Origin: Oikopleura dioica
Taxonomy: Eukaryota; Animalia; Chordata
Direction: 5' to 3'
NCBI GenBank assembly: GCA_907165135.1
Contig: OU015566.1
Span: 4,836,001-4,900,000 of the forward strand
Length of the DNA stretch: 64,000 bases
Shown here: positions 20,005-33,400 of the stretch, one piece after another
Layout of the letters: each line of letters starts with the position of its first letter
Position numbering within the stretch: the stretch's first letter is position 1
Notes under the pieces: model-generated
Database searches by the model: none
Seen by the model: the letters and a program-made list of their open reading frames with translations, nothing else
What the model was told of the DNA's origin: nothing
Made by a program: the position numbers and the translations under genes

Positions 20005-20336
20005 ATGGATATGTGCGAGTGTATCTGCACCTTCCAGCACGCGATGCGTCGCTTGGTAGAGGTCCTTAATCGCGCACAGAACTACTGCTCTGACGATGGA
20101 GCTGGCGACGGTCACCAGGTAAGAAAATCCTCCTCCTTTCAAACGCCTCATTTTCCCTCTAGAATCCAGCACAGGCAGCCAACACATTTCTCATGATGTT
20201 CCTGTTCATGCTCTTCGCCGCAGTAATGTTCCGACTGAGGCCGAATTCAAACCGCGACCGGGATCAAGCGCAGAAACCGACTGGCGGTCCCCCTGGCGGC
20301 TCAAACGGCCCTGGTCCCGGAGGACTTTCCACCTGA
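20005..20336 (+). CDS. SMIM14: Small integral membrane protein 14 homologue, 2 exons
   Basis: CECICTFQHAMRRLVEVLNRAQNYC matches the SMIM14 pattern ([25 protein letters not shown]); TM helix followed by FRLRP; intron 20119-20162. Confidence 0.88.
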
Positions 20337-20540
20337 ATTCCCAAATCTTCGAAATTGTCACCCATTCTTCTTCGCTCTCTCCTTCTCTAACCGGATTTAT
20401 TCTGATCCTATCCTTTCTGTTCTGATAAAGTTGGTTAAATATTTTGTTTAACATGTGATTCGAATAAACAAACAAAAATCGAATTTGGAAACATAAAGAT
20501 TCTTCCAAAAACGCGTAAAATTCCCCTTATTTAACAGAAC

Positions 20541-20885
20541 ATCGTGAGAACTCATGATTCAAAAAAAAATCGTGAAAATTCATAATACAAAAAATATTCG
20601 TGAAACCCATGTTTCAAAAAATCGTGAAAACTCATGACTCAAAAAATATCATGAAAACTCATGATTCAAAAAAATCGTGAAAACCCATGATTAAAAATAT
20701 CGTGAAAACTTATGATTCAAAAAAAATCATGAAAACTCATGATTCAAAAAAAATCGTGAAAACTCATGATTCAAAAAAAAAAAAATCGTGAAATCTCATG
20801 ATTCAAAAAATATCGTGAAAACTCATGATTGAAAATATCGAGGAAACTCATGATTGAAAATATCGTGAAAACTCATGATTCAAGA
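20541..20885. repeat. Minisatellite, about 25-bp unit ATCGTGAAAACTCATGATTCAAAAAA
   Basis: About 13 tandem copies visible. Confidence 0.92.
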
Positions 20886-21014
20886 ATCTTGAATTTCAGA
20901 AATTTTAATCTCTGAGAAAGTCTGAAAGAAATTTTCTTTAGAAAAGAATCGCATTTGAGTCGACATCGTGCATTTTGATCGCAGTCAAATTTTTGAGAAG
21001 AGGAGCTGAGTATC

Positions 21015-21329
21015 TCATTCCATCAAACATGTTCTATATCTAGATAGCGTATGACAAAATAGAATGAGACTCACCTGGATGATGTGTTTTTGCATCTTCT
21101 TCTCCTCGCTGTCTTCATAAAACAAATCTTGTTTAATGAGCTTACCAATTATTTTCATATTATTCGCTTGATCTGTTATTGTTTTCGCGTAATCAAGAAG
21201 AAAACCCATCAAGTCGTGAACTTTTGGTCGAGCCGGAAAACGATCATCGGATTCATTGATTTTCGGACGACAGTTCGGATCCTGAGCTTGTCTTGCCGAA
21301 GCGGTTGTGTTGATGACATTCAGTTGCAT
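21015..21329 (-). CDS. Exon of a hypothetical protein; continues after a GTGAGT donor near 21075
   Basis: TTTTCAG acceptor before the ATG, protein-like composition, clear donor site. Confidence 0.45.
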   Translation of the reverse strand: MQLNVINTTASARQAQDPNCRPKINESDDRFPARPKVHDLMGFLLDYAKTITDQANNMKIIGKLIKQDLFYEDSEEKKMQKHIIQVSLILFCHTLSRYRTCLME

Positions 21330-21914
21330 GATTCTCGCTGAAAATATACTCCTCTCTTGTCATGTTTTTTGGTTGTTAGAACCTGTAGTTAGTTTTTCCC
21401 GCGGATTTGGGTAAAAAAAGCTCATTTTTTCCCTTTTGAGACGGGCGCGATGGACTCTCGAACTTATTTCAAAAAGGGAAAGAACAAGCTTAAAATTCTT
21501 GATTCATGACCGCGCCTATGAATGAGCAGCGCTCTTAAAAACGTTTCTATTGGTTATCATCCGTTTTCCCTTTTCATTATAGGCTATAATTTATAGCGCC
21601 ATAAAGACACTCAAGATAGCAATAAAATATATTTGATAAATTCTCTTGTTTCCCAGAGACCATTCATTTTCCTACTATTTCAAAGATGAATGTGTTTCTT
21701 CAGAAAGGGTGCGCCTTACCCTAACCTGGAAAGGGTTAGGGTTACGCCTCTCTCAACCCCTGGGCTCGGCAACCAGTGTATTAAACCTGAGTCAAGCTCT
21801 GTTAGCCTGAGGCAGGTTATCATATTTTAGGTTGACAAGCCAAGCCGGTCTTTTGGTCTTAAAAACGGTACATAAGTTATGTAACATAACAGTAGATCAC
21901 TAGAATATCTTGGA

Positions 21915-22052
21915 AGGTGTCTGGAACCGACAAAAAATTTCGACAAATTTCGCGTGGAAGTTTTCAACCAATCAGAAGCTTGGATTTGGCAAACCGGCCA
22001 ATCAGCCGCCCACGCAAAATTTGTCAAAATTTTTTTGTCGGTTCCAGACTCC
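21915..22052. mobile_element. Twin-CCAAT MITE family copy
   Basis: GGAACCGACAAAAAA...TTTTTTGTCGGTTCC TIR; CCAAT at 21968 and 21998. Confidence 0.85.
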
Positions 22053-24957
22053 ATGCCGAATATCTACACCGTCTCTTTACTGCGCCATACAGTCACCCTC
22101 GAAAACCAACGTCAAACTTTCCCGAAGCGGTGGAAGCTATAATCTGAGTTTCTCGTCCCGCGGTTGTGTCAGACATGGCGCTGGGGATGACGCGGAGCTG
22201 TCAGTGAGGATCATTCGAAGTTGTTTTTCAAGCACTCAAATCAAGGCGATTAGAGTACTTCCACCACCGAGCACCGGCACCTGTATTTTACTCTCCAAGG
22301 ATAAGCGCGCGAATTTTAAGTTGATAAACGGCTTTCAAAATAAATTTTTAAAAAGACCAATTTCATGAAATCACCGCATTTATCCACTCATATTTTTCAC
22401 TCATAAAAAAAAACGAAAATCATAAAAAAAAAACAATTTTTTTAGCTTTTTTTTTATTCAGAAATCCGTAACAAGCATTGGATGCTCATCGTTTTCGTTG
22501 ATTTCACCAAGTTTGTTCCCAGTCAGCTGATTGAAATAATTCAGCACTTCTTGTTCTTGCATCTAAAAAACGGCTTAAAAATTTTTAAAAATTTCTTGAT
22601 TTACCCTTTGAAACATCGATCCAAAACCCAAGGAGTAAACAGAAAATGCGCAAATTGATAGGTAAAAAAATTTCATTGTTGATTTTTTATTTTAACTTTT
22701 TGTTTTTGGTCGACTCTTTTTATACTCGAGGATTATTTACTTTCGTGCGTTTTTCGATGATTGGAATTAAAAATAAAGCAAGTCAGAAGAGGCCAAGAAC
22801 AAGCTCATGAATAATTTGTTTGTTGATCAGGAAAATAAACTTGCTGTTTGTCTTTTTTTGCGGAGTTCGAATTGTTACATGAAAAATGTCTTGTCCTTGA
22901 ATGAGGCTTCTTTTGAGCGTTCTTTTATTAAGGGTGGAGAGTCTGAATCAAGGTTAAAAGAGTCAAGTAAAATTTTCTTATGATTTATTAAAAATCTCAA
23001 GATATTATTTCATTGTCGTCATTTTCGTAAACTTCTCCAGTCTGCTGATTCTCCATCATCATTATGTTGGAGATTATTTAAATAATCCAGCATGTCCTGG
23101 TCTCCCATCTAAGAATGGATTCAAAAGCAATCATGATGGTTAATTTTACCTCTTGAAACATCGTTCCGAAACCCAAGGAGTCGACGAAACTAGCGAAAAA
23201 TGATAAAAGAAAAAAATTCATATCTTTTTTTTATGTCAAGTTTCTTACTGTCACCCTGATTCGAGCTCTCTTTATACTCCAGTTCTTTCATCTACTAGTG
23301 CTTTTAATTAAAGATAAATGATTTTGTGGGGGGCCAAGAACAAGTTTATTAATAATTCGCTTGTTGAACAGGAAATCCAGAAGTGTTTTCCTTTTCATTT
23401 CAGTGTTCGAGTTGTTACTTGAAAGTGGCCTTGATTGCTGCTGGCTTTCCAGTGCGGCAGATTCTCAAGCATTTCTTGTATTTCATGAAGATTCGATTCT
23501 TGCATCTAAATAAAGAAAATCAAAAAAAAAACGAAAAGCTAAATTTGCAAATAACTCCGTATTTCGACGATTGAAATTAGTAATTTTCGGAAAAACTTTT
23601 TTTCAAAATTTTTTTCAAAATTTTTGACCAATCAAAGGTCCGGAATCCAGGATACCGGCCGGGAGGTAGCCAATCAGCAGCGAATTGCAGCTTTATTATT
23701 GTTTCGCGACAAAAAATTATCGGTCAAGATTTGTCGATTCGTGCTCCCTCCCCTTATTTTACCGATAATTACCGTTTCAATATAAAAATGACTTACTCTT
23801 TGAAACATTCGTCCAGTAGGAAACATCATTCCATCTCCAAAACTCTGAAAAAGTACTGCTATCACCCTCAGCTTCATTCTCTCTTAGAATTTCCCAGAAA
23901 GTGCACTGAAGCTCTTATATACAGGTATATTGAAGCGTACATTTTAATGAATGATTTGGACCACTGTCAATATGTCCTGACTGTAAACTGTCGCATATTT
24001 GAATACATGTACCCGGAATGGGAATAATAAGGCAATATGGAATGCGAAAGAAACTCTTTGCCCACAATCTAAAAAAAATGTCTTTTTCTGTGAGAATTCA
24101 CCAAATGTCACTTTTCTATCGATGAGTATCTATGGGCATCTATCGAAATCCCGGAAACGAGAAGCAGGATAGAAAATGTGCATAATCCGAGAGCCAAAAA
24201 CATGCTTTTGAGGAGCGATAACTTAGAACCGTTCACTTATCCGACTATCAAAAATACCTTTTTTGACTACACTTCTAGTTTTTCAAATTATTTTTTTCCA
24301 AAAATCAAAATTCCGATTTTTCTTATCATTTTTTTCGATTCAATTTTTACTATTTGTACAAGTCGTCAACTACCATTTTCTCCGATTCGCGAAACCGCAA
24401 GTAGTAAAACATATCGTATAAAAACCACCTTCTGGTTGAAACAGCGATTTTGATTTTTTGAGCTTCTTTCGATTTTAGAACATGTTTTGACAACACCATG
24501 ACGATAAATTGAACAAACCTGGGGAGAGTCGAGATAATGACGCAACCATCGCATTTGTCTTTTATCTCATTTTTTCTTTGAAAAGAAAAAAACTGTAAAA
24601 AGAAAACGGTTGGTTCTTAGGCAAGCACAAAATACGGATTTCCTTATCGTTTGATCATATCTGCTTTTTGACGTAATACTGGTGGCCTTTCACAAACGTG
24701 TAATCGAAATTCCTGGTTACGGCTTGAATCGTGCGGGCTTGTTAATTAAACACATTAATTTTTATGTAAAATTTTGCGGTTACATCAAACCGCCTTATTT
24801 CCTTGTCTTACATCACAAGAGAGAATTTTTAATTCAAATTTTCTTTTTGGATCCTCTTATTTGAGAAAATACAATATAATGAAACAAACTTGTTCATCAC
24901 CATTTTTACCTCACAATGAAGACGGGTTTGAAATTCATTCTTATTTCAATTTTCTTG

Positions 24958-25171
24958 ACATTCGGCAATATCGGGCAACATTTAGCAACATTTGGCGACA
25001 TTATGCGACATTCGGCGACATACGGTGATATTAAGCGACATTTGGCAACTTATGGCGACATTAAGCGACATTTGGCGACATTCGGCGATATTCAGCGACA
25101 TTCGGCAACATTTGGCGACATCAGCGACATTTGGCGTTATTCGGCGATATTTAGCGACATTCGGCGACATT
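24958..25171. repeat. Minisatellite, about 10-bp GGCGACATT(C/T) unit
   Basis: Degenerate tandem copies. Confidence 0.9.
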
Positions 25172-26113
25172 TTTCGATTTTTTCAGGGCGTCCCTAATTT
25201 TGGGCTTTCAAAACTAAGCCTGGATTATTTGATCATTTGCATAAAGCAATTTCAATATTTTTAGGAATGCTTTGATAGTTTGTCGCTGGTTGTTTAGTTA
25301 TTTTGAGAGAGAAGTCAAAACTCAAAGAGGTGTTGAAAACATTCGAAGTTGATCCGGCATGAGCGCACTTTCAGGCTCTCGAGATAAGAAGCAGGAAGCA
25401 GAAGGGAGAAACACTTTTCTTGAGCGTTTTCGAACGTGATTTTAAAGCGGAAATTCGCTCTATAAGCTTACGAATCCCTCGCTGCTTCGCTCGTTATCAA
25501 TTCCCCAGCGGAAGAATCAATGCATCTCAGCATCTGTCGAAGGGTGATAAGGAAACGCCCAGCGCTATATCCAGCTCCTAAATCTGCCCGCTGCGGCTCA
25601 CATAATCAGATCAGCAAAACCGAAAAGAAAACTCGCGCACGTGATCCAAGAAAACGCTTCTAGAGAAATCAAATGACCGCGAAATCCCCAAAATTCCTTT
25701 TTCAAAAGTCAAATGAAAAAAATACCAAAAAATATCGCAAAAATAAAAGTCTTAATTTCTAAGAACGATTTTCTCGGGCCTTGTCAACGACCATCTCGAA
25801 CATTTGATGTTCATCAATGTTTACAATTAATTTCACAAAAAGCGAACCACAAAAAAGTAGAAGAACGGTCTTTAGACCAAAAATACACGGATCAATTCAT
25901 CGATCAACGAACTCAAATTCGAAGGCAGCAATTATTGAAAGCTTGTCAAACTCTGAAAAAAGTTGAGGGCAATTTTGATGGAGCAACGGAAACAAGAAAT
26001 TTAATTGCTTCCAAAGAAGATTGACTGATGCGAAATCAGAGCGTTTTCAATGTGAAAGAAACCATAAATAAATATATATTTTTTCCAGGATTTTTCGGAA
26101 GGTGAGTTTTTAA

Positions 26114-26194
26114 GGGTGTCAACGGCGTATAAGCCCATCAAAACCCCGTCAGATCAAAAATTGGTCTTTTTAGCCCAGCATGCTGTTGACACCC
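26114..26194. mobile_element. 81-bp TTAA-flanked MITE
   Basis: TTAA|GGGTGTCAAC...GTTGACACCC|TTAA, perfect 10-bp TIR. Confidence 0.8.
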
Positions 26195-26719
26195 TTAAGA
26201 TGCTTCCCCTGAAAAATCCAAAGGGTTAATAATTTTAAAGCGTTGTATCTTCGTATTCGTGGTAATGACCTAAAAACGTCAAAAACAAATCCAGCAAAAC
26301 CTGATTTCTTGGAGCTGGATCCGATTTTCCGCTTCTCGGATTTTGATTTTTACGCATTCGGTGATATAAACGTGGGTCGAAATCGAAGCCATTTTTGTTA
26401 ATCCAGGCTGTGTCACTCGTTCAGAATTAGGCGCACTGGTAATCCATGGAATAGAAGGGATTTTCTAAATACAAATCGTGGTTGATTCAACTCGAGTGCA
26501 GTTTGGACTTCTTGCGTGAAATAATGACACGCTCCACACGTGACGACACCTGAGCCTCGTTCTAGATAACTTTTGTGCAAAAAAGTTAAAGGTGAATCTT
26601 TTTGATCAAAATCGCCTTCACATTCAATATTTTTATTGGTTCAATTTTCAGTTTTTTTTTTCAAAAAAAACTACAACATTGATTTTTGAAAATTAATTTT
26701 ATCATTGTGAGAGCCTTAA

Positions 26720-26884
26720 TCGGGGATGGTGACTTGAACCGACAAAAAAATTTCGAGAAATTTTGCGTGAGCGGCTGCTCGGCTGCTGATTGGCCGAATC
26801 GCGGAATCCAGGCTTCTGATTGGTCGATGATTTCCACCCAAAATTTGACGAAATTATTTTGTCGGTTCAAGACTCTTTCCCCTT
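26720..26884. mobile_element. Twin-CCAAT MITE family copy
   Basis: Same TIR and core; ATTGG at 26789 and 26819. Confidence 0.85.
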
Positions 26885-27487
26885 AATAGATTTAGAAATA
26901 ATTATTAATAAGAAAATGATTACGATTTTCTTATGTAAGAATGTTTCCCTTATTTTTTCTCACAACATGTTATCAGCCGCTACTCACTTTGTAATTGAAG
27001 AGTGATAAGAAGAATGACTGAAGCTCTGTAGTTATTCTTATCTCTGAATCGAATTTCTCCAGTTTCGCGAAACGATACGTAAAGTACTTTTAATTTCGTT
27101 CACATGGAGGGGTAATCACTGCTTCTACAGGAAATAGTGGAGACGATTGTTGCCGGAAGAGGTTGACTTCTCACAAGAATAGCCAACGCATTACGCAAAA
27201 ATTGCGGCAAGTTGAGACAGATCGAAGCTGGCGAATTTTTAAGCTGCTTAGCTGAACCCTCGCACAAATAAAGATGAATAAGGGGACGACCTTTCTACAC
27301 GTATTTTTCTGAAATCTGCTTTTTGGACTCGAAATAAAAGAAGGCTTAGGGTAGTAACAGGCTTATAAATGTTTTTAGAGAAACCATAATCTTCCTTTAT
27401 AATAACCTTTTTTATAATTTTTTTTTTAAATTTTCTGTTGGATAATCTTTTCAAGCATGATCTAACGCCTCCTTATGCTTACTTGAA

Positions 27488-28082
27488 TGACGCGCTTTTT
27501 TTAAGGTTGGGCAAGTTATTTCACCCACTTTTTGATTTTAAACCCTGGAACACCATACATATTTGGAATCAGCAGGAAATTTTAAGAACTTTGACCGTTT
27601 TAGTTTCCAAAATTTCCACTTCCGGTCCGATTCTAGAGCCGGAAGTTGACAAAATTTTTGAGTTTGGCCAACTTATGACCTATCAAATTGATGCTCAGAA
27701 AATTTTGAGTAAACTCATCTTAAAATCATTTAAAAAAACCGTCCCAACCGCAGTCAAACCGACCGGCAAAACTAGGAAAAAAGGCATAAATTTCTGATTT
27801 TTCTTTCAGTTTTTAGCGGTTGATTTGACCGCGGTCGGCATTGATTCTTCTCTCAGATGATAGGAAATCTTCTGAGAATCAATTTGATAGGTCACAAGTT
27901 GGCCAAACTCAAAAATTTTGTCAACTTCCGGCTCTAGAATCGGACCGGAAGTGGAAATTTTGGAAACTAAAACGGTCAAAGTTCTTAAAATTTCCTGCTG
28001 ATTCCAAATATGTATGGTGTTCCAGGGTTTAAGATCAAGAAGTGGGTGAAATAACTTGCCCAACCTTAAAAAAAGCGCGTCA
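27488..28082. mobile_element. Foldback element with near-perfect inverted arms of about 230 bp
   Basis: 27488-27720 is the reverse complement of about 27850-28082. Confidence 0.88.
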
Positions 28083-30425
28083 ATGCATAAAAAAAATTAC
28101 TTGACAATATTTTGCTAAATTTTTTCATCACAAAATCAACAGAAATCTTTCAGAAATTATTTTTTAGTATTGAAAAATTCGTCTGTATTCACCTGCTTCT
28201 GATCAAAATACAAAAACAACCCCCTCGAGATCGCTCATGTTCTCCTCTCTTGCGCCCCAGAAACAGCGCCGCTCGTGGGAAAAAAGAAACGCGCAATATG
28301 CGCGCTTCCCGCGCGTATCGACGCTTTTTCAAGAAATCCAAACCATTTTTTAAATAAGAAATAAATAAAATACAAAACAACACATAAGAAAAAAGAGCTC
28401 AAGAAAAAAGAGAGATATCAAAATCAGCAAAAACTGCGAAGAGAGAAGAGATAATTAAGTTGGCGACTGAAAAACAAGTGGTAAGTAAGAAATGTCAATG
28501 AATTAATAGGAAAGATTGAGATTTTTTCATTTCATTAATTCAAGAGAACTGCTTTTTTGAAGAATATATAGACAAAAGAAGGTATAAATAGGTCAATTAG
28601 GAAGATTTTCCCTGGAAATTGAACAATTTTTAGTTTTTCAGCAAAAAACTCCGATTCTTTTCATAAAACCGCTCATTTCTCGCTCAAAAATGAGCAAGAT
28701 TTAGTCCCGGACCGGTCATCTTTTTTCATCAGAAATTCGCAAAATAGGCAAAAAATAAACCAAATTTCAGTTGATTCCGAAAGATTTGAAAAAGAAAACA
28801 AAAAGCTCACGTGTCCCTTGTTTGTTGTATTCCAGTAGATATGTAGCGATAATACGTTACAGCGGTCGGAAAAATCCAAAAACTCACAAAAAGGCCGGAC
28901 GACTAATTGCCACCGCTAGAATCGACGCGCTAAGCCACGAAGTGACTTTGAGGCAAAAGGCCGGATCATAATCGCGCTCATTCTAAAATCGAGTTTTTCG
29001 ACCATTTTTTTTGATAAATCAAATTGAGGATTTGACGTAATTTTTACTTTTTTTTAGTCATTTGAGCCAAAAATCGAGAAGCCGCTTGCGGCTTTGAGCC
29101 AAAAAAATAAATAAAAAGCCGCGCAAGTCGCGGCTATCATTTCAAATCCGAAGCCGCAAGCGGCTTTTCGATTTCGAGTCGAAATTTTCGATTGCTTTTG
29201 CAAAATATTTCGTTGAATCTTCGTTGCGTAAACATCCTCCCATATTTTCAACACTATTTTGATCGGAGTTAATTGTCGAATTCCAGAGCGCACGGCAGCT
29301 GCGAATAAATTGAACAGCGGCGGCTGCGCGCGGTCGCCTTCGCGCAGTTAGAACGTGTCTCTCTCCCCGTTGAAGATGTATACACAAGAAATTCTCGAGT
29401 GATAAAAATTTGAAAGGAGAAAATAAACTAAGGGGCGGTGTTTTGATTTAGGGGGTTTCTAAGAAAAGATTCTTTTCTTGTTTATTTTGCCAAAGGAAGA
29501 TTATATTATGATGAAAAAAAATTAATAACTAAAAATAAAATATTTAAGAATCTTATGGAAAATAATGATATTTTTTTTCAGAAATAAATAATTTTTTTAT
29601 ATCTAAAATTTTAATTTGCTTATAAAAATAAATCTTAACGTAAAATAGAGGCTGCTCTTATTTATTGAAGCGATACCCTTAATTTTAGAACGCAAATTCT
29701 CGCTGAAATAATCCTTCCCTTGAAATGTCTTTTAAAAACTGTTGAGTTTATTTTTTTCACCTGCAAATTTTGAAGCATTCTTGTATTTTGAAAACACGTG
29801 TCTTTTCGCATTTATTTTCAGATTTTTTAGAACAAAGCCCAAAATAATTGCGCGCTATTAGGGCAGCTACTCTGTCCGTGATTTAACTTTTTCTGGCAGC
29901 TCTTTGACACATAATGCTCTTTTGATTGGCGCTTTTCTTGAAGCAATGAGTTTGCCACTTTAGTTAAAACTTGTCAATTTGATCTGTGAGAAAATTTTTC
30001 ATTTAACAAGTTCTACTCAAAATTAACCGAATTTTTGGCCACGAATTTCGGTTTCTTGGGCTCGAGAAGATGTTAACATTAAAATTATTCGCAGGCTCTA
30101 TAATTTTTTATAAAAAAATATGATGAAAAGAATATTTTCTACGAATAAAAAATATCGTATATAAAAAGTCAAATAAAAACACAGGTTTCTCCTTGAAAAT
30201 TGCGGAAAAAAAAATGTTTTACCCAAGTACGTGGAAAATTCAAAGCAAGAATTTTCAACATTTTCTCGAGAACCACATCTGCATTATTTGCACCGCATAT
30301 TGCGAAAATTGAACACGGAAAATTGTTGCGGCAAAGTTTCAATTTTTACTCAGTGGACTTTGCCCCATGATTTCATCTTTTCAGGAAATTTGAAATTTCT
30401 TATTTTTTAACTTTTTTGTTTAGGC

Positions 30426-33400
30426 ATGAAAATAGGAAAATGGCTGACTCTGTTGGCCGGTCAAAGCGTTTCCTCGAAGCTGGGGCTGTCCCTTAGCGAC
30501 CGAATGGCGAAAGACGTCTCGTTGGAAGAAGAAGTTAGCGAATGCATCGCCCTATCAAACGACTCGCTCCGGGTGCCGAACATCGTCCACTACATCTGGT
30601 TCGGATGCAAACGCGACTTTCTGCCCTACCACTACCTTTCCGTCCTCTCGTCGCTTTCCGTCCAAAACGCGTGCAAGGTCTTCTTTCACACCGATTGCGA
30701 GCCGCCCGAAGAAAACGAACTCTTCTCACATTTGAAGGAAAAAGGTTGAAGCTTTTTCTAAATGAAGAATTCTAGAATTTCTAATAAGGGTACACTCGAG
30801 GAGAGCAGCGATAATCTTTCTCGTGGTCGTTTTCTAATCACTCTCGAAAAAACATGATAAACAAACTGTTTAAAATATACATCGACGGCTCTTAAACAAG
30901 CCACGTTTTACGTAAGGTACGCCCTTATCAATTTCTAAGAATGAATCGCTAAGAAAGAGGGGTGGATTGAAAACTGAGTAAAAAACCTGAGTAGAAAACC
31001 ATAGTTGAAAACTTGAGTAGAAAACCTGAGAAAAAACCGTGGTAAAAAATCTGAGTAAAAACCTGAGTTAAAAACCTGAGTTGAAATCCTGAGTTGAAAA
31101 CCTGAGTACAAAACCTGAGTAAAAAACCTGAGTAGAAACACTGAGTAAAAAAAACCTGAGTAAAAAACCCTGAGTAAAAACCTGAGTAAAAAAACCTGAC
31201 TAGAAAACCTGAGTTGAAAGCCTGAGAGGAAAACCTGAGTAAAAACCTGAGTAGAAACACTGAGTAAAAAAAACCTGAGTAAATAACCCTGAGTAAAAAC
31301 CTGCGTAAAAATCCTGAGCAGACTTCGGTTTTTTTTTCTAAGGAAGATTAAATTTTCCTTCAATACAAATTTCTTCCCCGCTAAAGCCCTTCATCCCCTT
31401 ATCGCCAAAACAAAAGCTCTAACCAAAAAACAGGAACATGAAAACTTCCGAATTGTGCCCAAGGAAGCGCCTACTCAGGAACGGCTAATCTACTTCTCAC
31501 GTAAAATAAGCTTTCAAATTTGCTAAAATTGCTGCTTGTTTTCTCGAGCGAGTAAATTGAAAATTTTCCAATTGGAGTGAATATTTGATTAGCCAGAAAC
31601 TGCAGATTTTCAATCGACCGGTAGAGCGACTTGAGCACCAAGCTGATGTTGCTAGAATCGAGCTTCTTATGAGGTAAGACACAGTTTATTTTATAAAATT
31701 TTATTTAAATCTATTTAAAAAAATATGGGGTTTTTGAAAAAAAGGAACATAATGAATCTGATGATTTTGAGGATAACGATGCATTTTATAATTTTTGACT
31801 CAAATAAGTTAAGTTTTAAATTCAGTTTTTCGTATTTTTAATCAGAAATTTTTTCCATACTGCCGCGGTATCCAATTTTACCGATTAGAAATGGTTCATT
31901 TTAAAAATAATTTTTTTATTAAAATGGTAATTTGCCACTTTAGATTCCCCTTTTTTATGGTCCTTTATAGCGCCACCTGAGTGATAAGGATCGATTTTTA
32001 TCTGATCGATAAAAGAAAAAGGGTCGATTAGTGATGATAAGGTAGATAGGGCAAAGATTGTATTTTTTGAAAATGGAACATTATGTATGTTTACGGGAGA
32101 GCATCTGCTCGGTAGGTGCTTATCGGGATTCAGGGGAAGTGGGTATCAATATTTAGAAGCATTCCCGAAGATGCGCGGATGGCCGTACAAGGTGATCATG
32201 TCGTGTTGAATCGTCACCTAAGCATTAACATTCCAGAACGCTTAATTTATGCTAAAATTTTTTTCTGAAAAAAAAAGACTTATTACAAAACTAGCTTGGT
32301 CCAGAATTACGCGTGGCTCATTTTTTATCCGCTCGAAAATCTCGCCTTTTATACCGTTCCTCGAAAATCTAACAACTCAACTTTCTAAAACCGGATTCAG
32401 CCAACGCGACTTGAATCGATTTTTTACGGAACATTTAAGGACAGATTCAGTTTTATCATTCAGTAGAATGACACCGTGAGAAAAGCAGTTTAAATTTGCC
32501 AAATCGACTCACTTTCGGATGAGAGTCACTTTGTTGATTTTTGGCGGTGAACGGTTGTTTACAAAAATTGGTTTCTTTCAAGAAGAAAAATCCAATTTTC
32601 GGCTCGAATTTTCAATTTTCGAACGAACCGCTATTTTTTTCTTGTTGAGCAATTATCGAGCTTGTTTGGAGGAAAAACTTATTTTCGTTAATTGTTCATT
32701 AATTTGTCACAAAACTTGCATAAACCCGTCGACGAGTTAATGACTCCAAAATAATTATGGCACAATAGCTGCATCTATTTCTACAATAGAATTGATTCCG
32801 AATGCGTTACTTTTCAAAAACGTGATGGTCAATTATTTGATTATTTTCGGGTCAATTATTGGAGAAATTATTGCATAAAGTTCAATCTTCGCTCTAGAAA
32901 TTTGGCTCGAAAACCTGTGTAGAAAACCTGAGTCAGGGTTTGAAAAATCTTTTTATTTTTAATTTAATTGTAAATAATTTATTAAAAATTTTTAATTAAT
33001 AATTATTTTAAAAATTAAGTATAAAAACTAATTTAATAAATAATATATTGAAAAATATTTGATAATTAATTAATAGAAAATAAAAATAATCGTAGATTTG
33101 ACAAATCCTGACTCAGGTTTTCTATACAGGTTGCGGTGCCAAGGCTCTAGAATTGAGTAATTACGGGAAAATCTTGGGCAGGAAAAAGGCTCAAGATAAA
33201 GAGGAAAGAAAATCTCTTGCCCGTCTAAAGAATCACGAAACCGCGCCTGTTCAATCAAAAATAGAGAAACAAGATCTTTTAATCATCGATCTTCTCGAAC
33301 GCATTCGCTCATCAATTCTAGCTTCTCTCTCCAGAAAAATGGCTCGTTTTCAAAGTGAGTGTTTCCGAAGGAGGAAGAAAGGCAATCATTTTTAAATTTT

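Noticed and set aside
22460-23520. Two degenerate duplicated segments (22.55-22.85 kb and 23.15-23.50 kb) as a gene pair
   Set aside because: Similarity is visible, but no continuous reading frame or family could be established by eye.
27438-28063. Two near-identical ORFs on opposite strands
   Set aside because: Produced by the inverted arms of a foldback element.
24916-31363. Repetitive ORFs at 24916-25264 and 30935-31363
   Set aside because: Translations of minisatellites.
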